From: Isurus oxyrinchus
Lineage: Eukaryota
NCBI GenBank assembly: GCA_026770705.1
Contig: JANJGN010000156.1
Coordinates: 434,001 to 498,000, forward strand
Direction: 5' to 3'
Length of the DNA: 64,000 nt
Shown here: in pieces, positions 63,301 through 64,000 of the stretch
How the letters are laid out: each line of letters begins with the position of its first letter
Numbering within the stretch: the first letter of the stretch is position 1
Position numbers and translations under genes: made by a program
The notes under the pieces: generated by a model
What the model saw: only the letters and a program-made list of their open reading frames with translations
Database searches by the model: none
Told to the model about the DNA's origin: nothing

Positions 63301-64000
63301 TTTATTTGAGCATTCTGTATTATGCATTGAACAGAAATGTTGAAGAAAGAGCATTTTGGATTGTTTCCAGATTGTGCACTCACAAGATCACTAGTTCACA
63401 CGTGGAAACAGGAAGAAGAGCAAGGTTAAAGACAGGAGAAACATGCTAAAGCTCAATCAGCTGACACGACCTCTGATAAAATTGTTCAGGGAGAAATAAT
63501 GGAAGATAATGAAGCTGAAGTGTTTACTTTAAGCCATTTGGTACAGCCACAACTAAAAGATCCACGAATGGCATAGTTATATCAGACAGCTCACTCAGAA
63601 ACAGAGGGAGAATGTATTCCAAAATGGTACTACCTAAAGGGCAATATGTTAATAAAGAAATTGTGACCATATCAAGTTCTGGCGGGTAAAAATGGATGTA
63701 AGTGCATCAGGTTGGTATACCAGCTGGGTTTATAAATTGGGCATTAAGAGTAGCTCTGGGAATTGCAATAGGGCGAATTTAGGAATTAGAAATACACAGA
63801 AGAGAGAAAAAATATTTCCATTGTTCTGGATTGCATAGAGATGTAATGAAATTCGATAGATCATGTCACACATGGCAGGTGATAGGCAACCTACAAGCAG
63901 TGATCAAGCAGGCATCTTGAACACCAATTCCATCACTGCAGCAACGTTTTTTCTAGTGTTATGGATGATTGTGCAGGACAGCTCCCTAAGGCAAAAAGTG
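60307..64000 (+). mobile_element. Degraded Gmr1-type Gypsy LTR retrotransposon: 5' LTR (~60307-61220), gag, protease, integrase; runs off the window
   Basis: MAASISKTFLG..LQKIPKCKLTEL, LPNFEDGDVEA, HCNKFGH knuckle, ILRDTGDSQ protease, then integrase-like WYYLKG, SCHTWQVIG, MDDCAGQLPKAKS. Confidence 0.8.
61520..61680 (+). mobile_element. LINE fragment inserted in the Gypsy gag
   Basis: PDNIPATVLITCATELAAPLAKLF..WKIAEVWP, same family as 52560. Confidence 0.7.

Overview
Eukaryotic, repeat-rich vertebrate DNA, most likely from a cartilaginous fish. This is inferred from the CR1, Penelope and tRNA-SINE repeat families, the 33-bp minisatellite and the two-exon GPR139-like receptor genes. No intact long ORF is present except a two-exon GPR139-like class A GPCR (6107-6176 + 8333-9171), which carries a C-terminal frameshift. 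Further GPR139-like pieces lie on the minus strand (exon 2 pseudogene about 32520-33110; exon 1 at 55687-55786). Between them is a decayed small-RNA gene territory: one intact tRNA-Ile(AAT), a variant tRNA-Asp(GTC), and tRNA-Gly/Lys/Thr relics, some in tandem 1.3-kb and 3.2-kb units. A ~5.3-kb cassette occurs twice and holds a U1 snRNA gene relic with its promoter, a 46-bp minisatellite and exon-like remains of an unknown gene; one copy also carries an H3.3 retrocopy. The rest is degraded CR1, L2, RTE, Penelope (several as fold-back hairpins), Copia-like and Gmr1-type Gypsy elements, plus a 164-N gap. All alignments were made by eye against remembered consensus sequences, so repeat boundaries are approximate.
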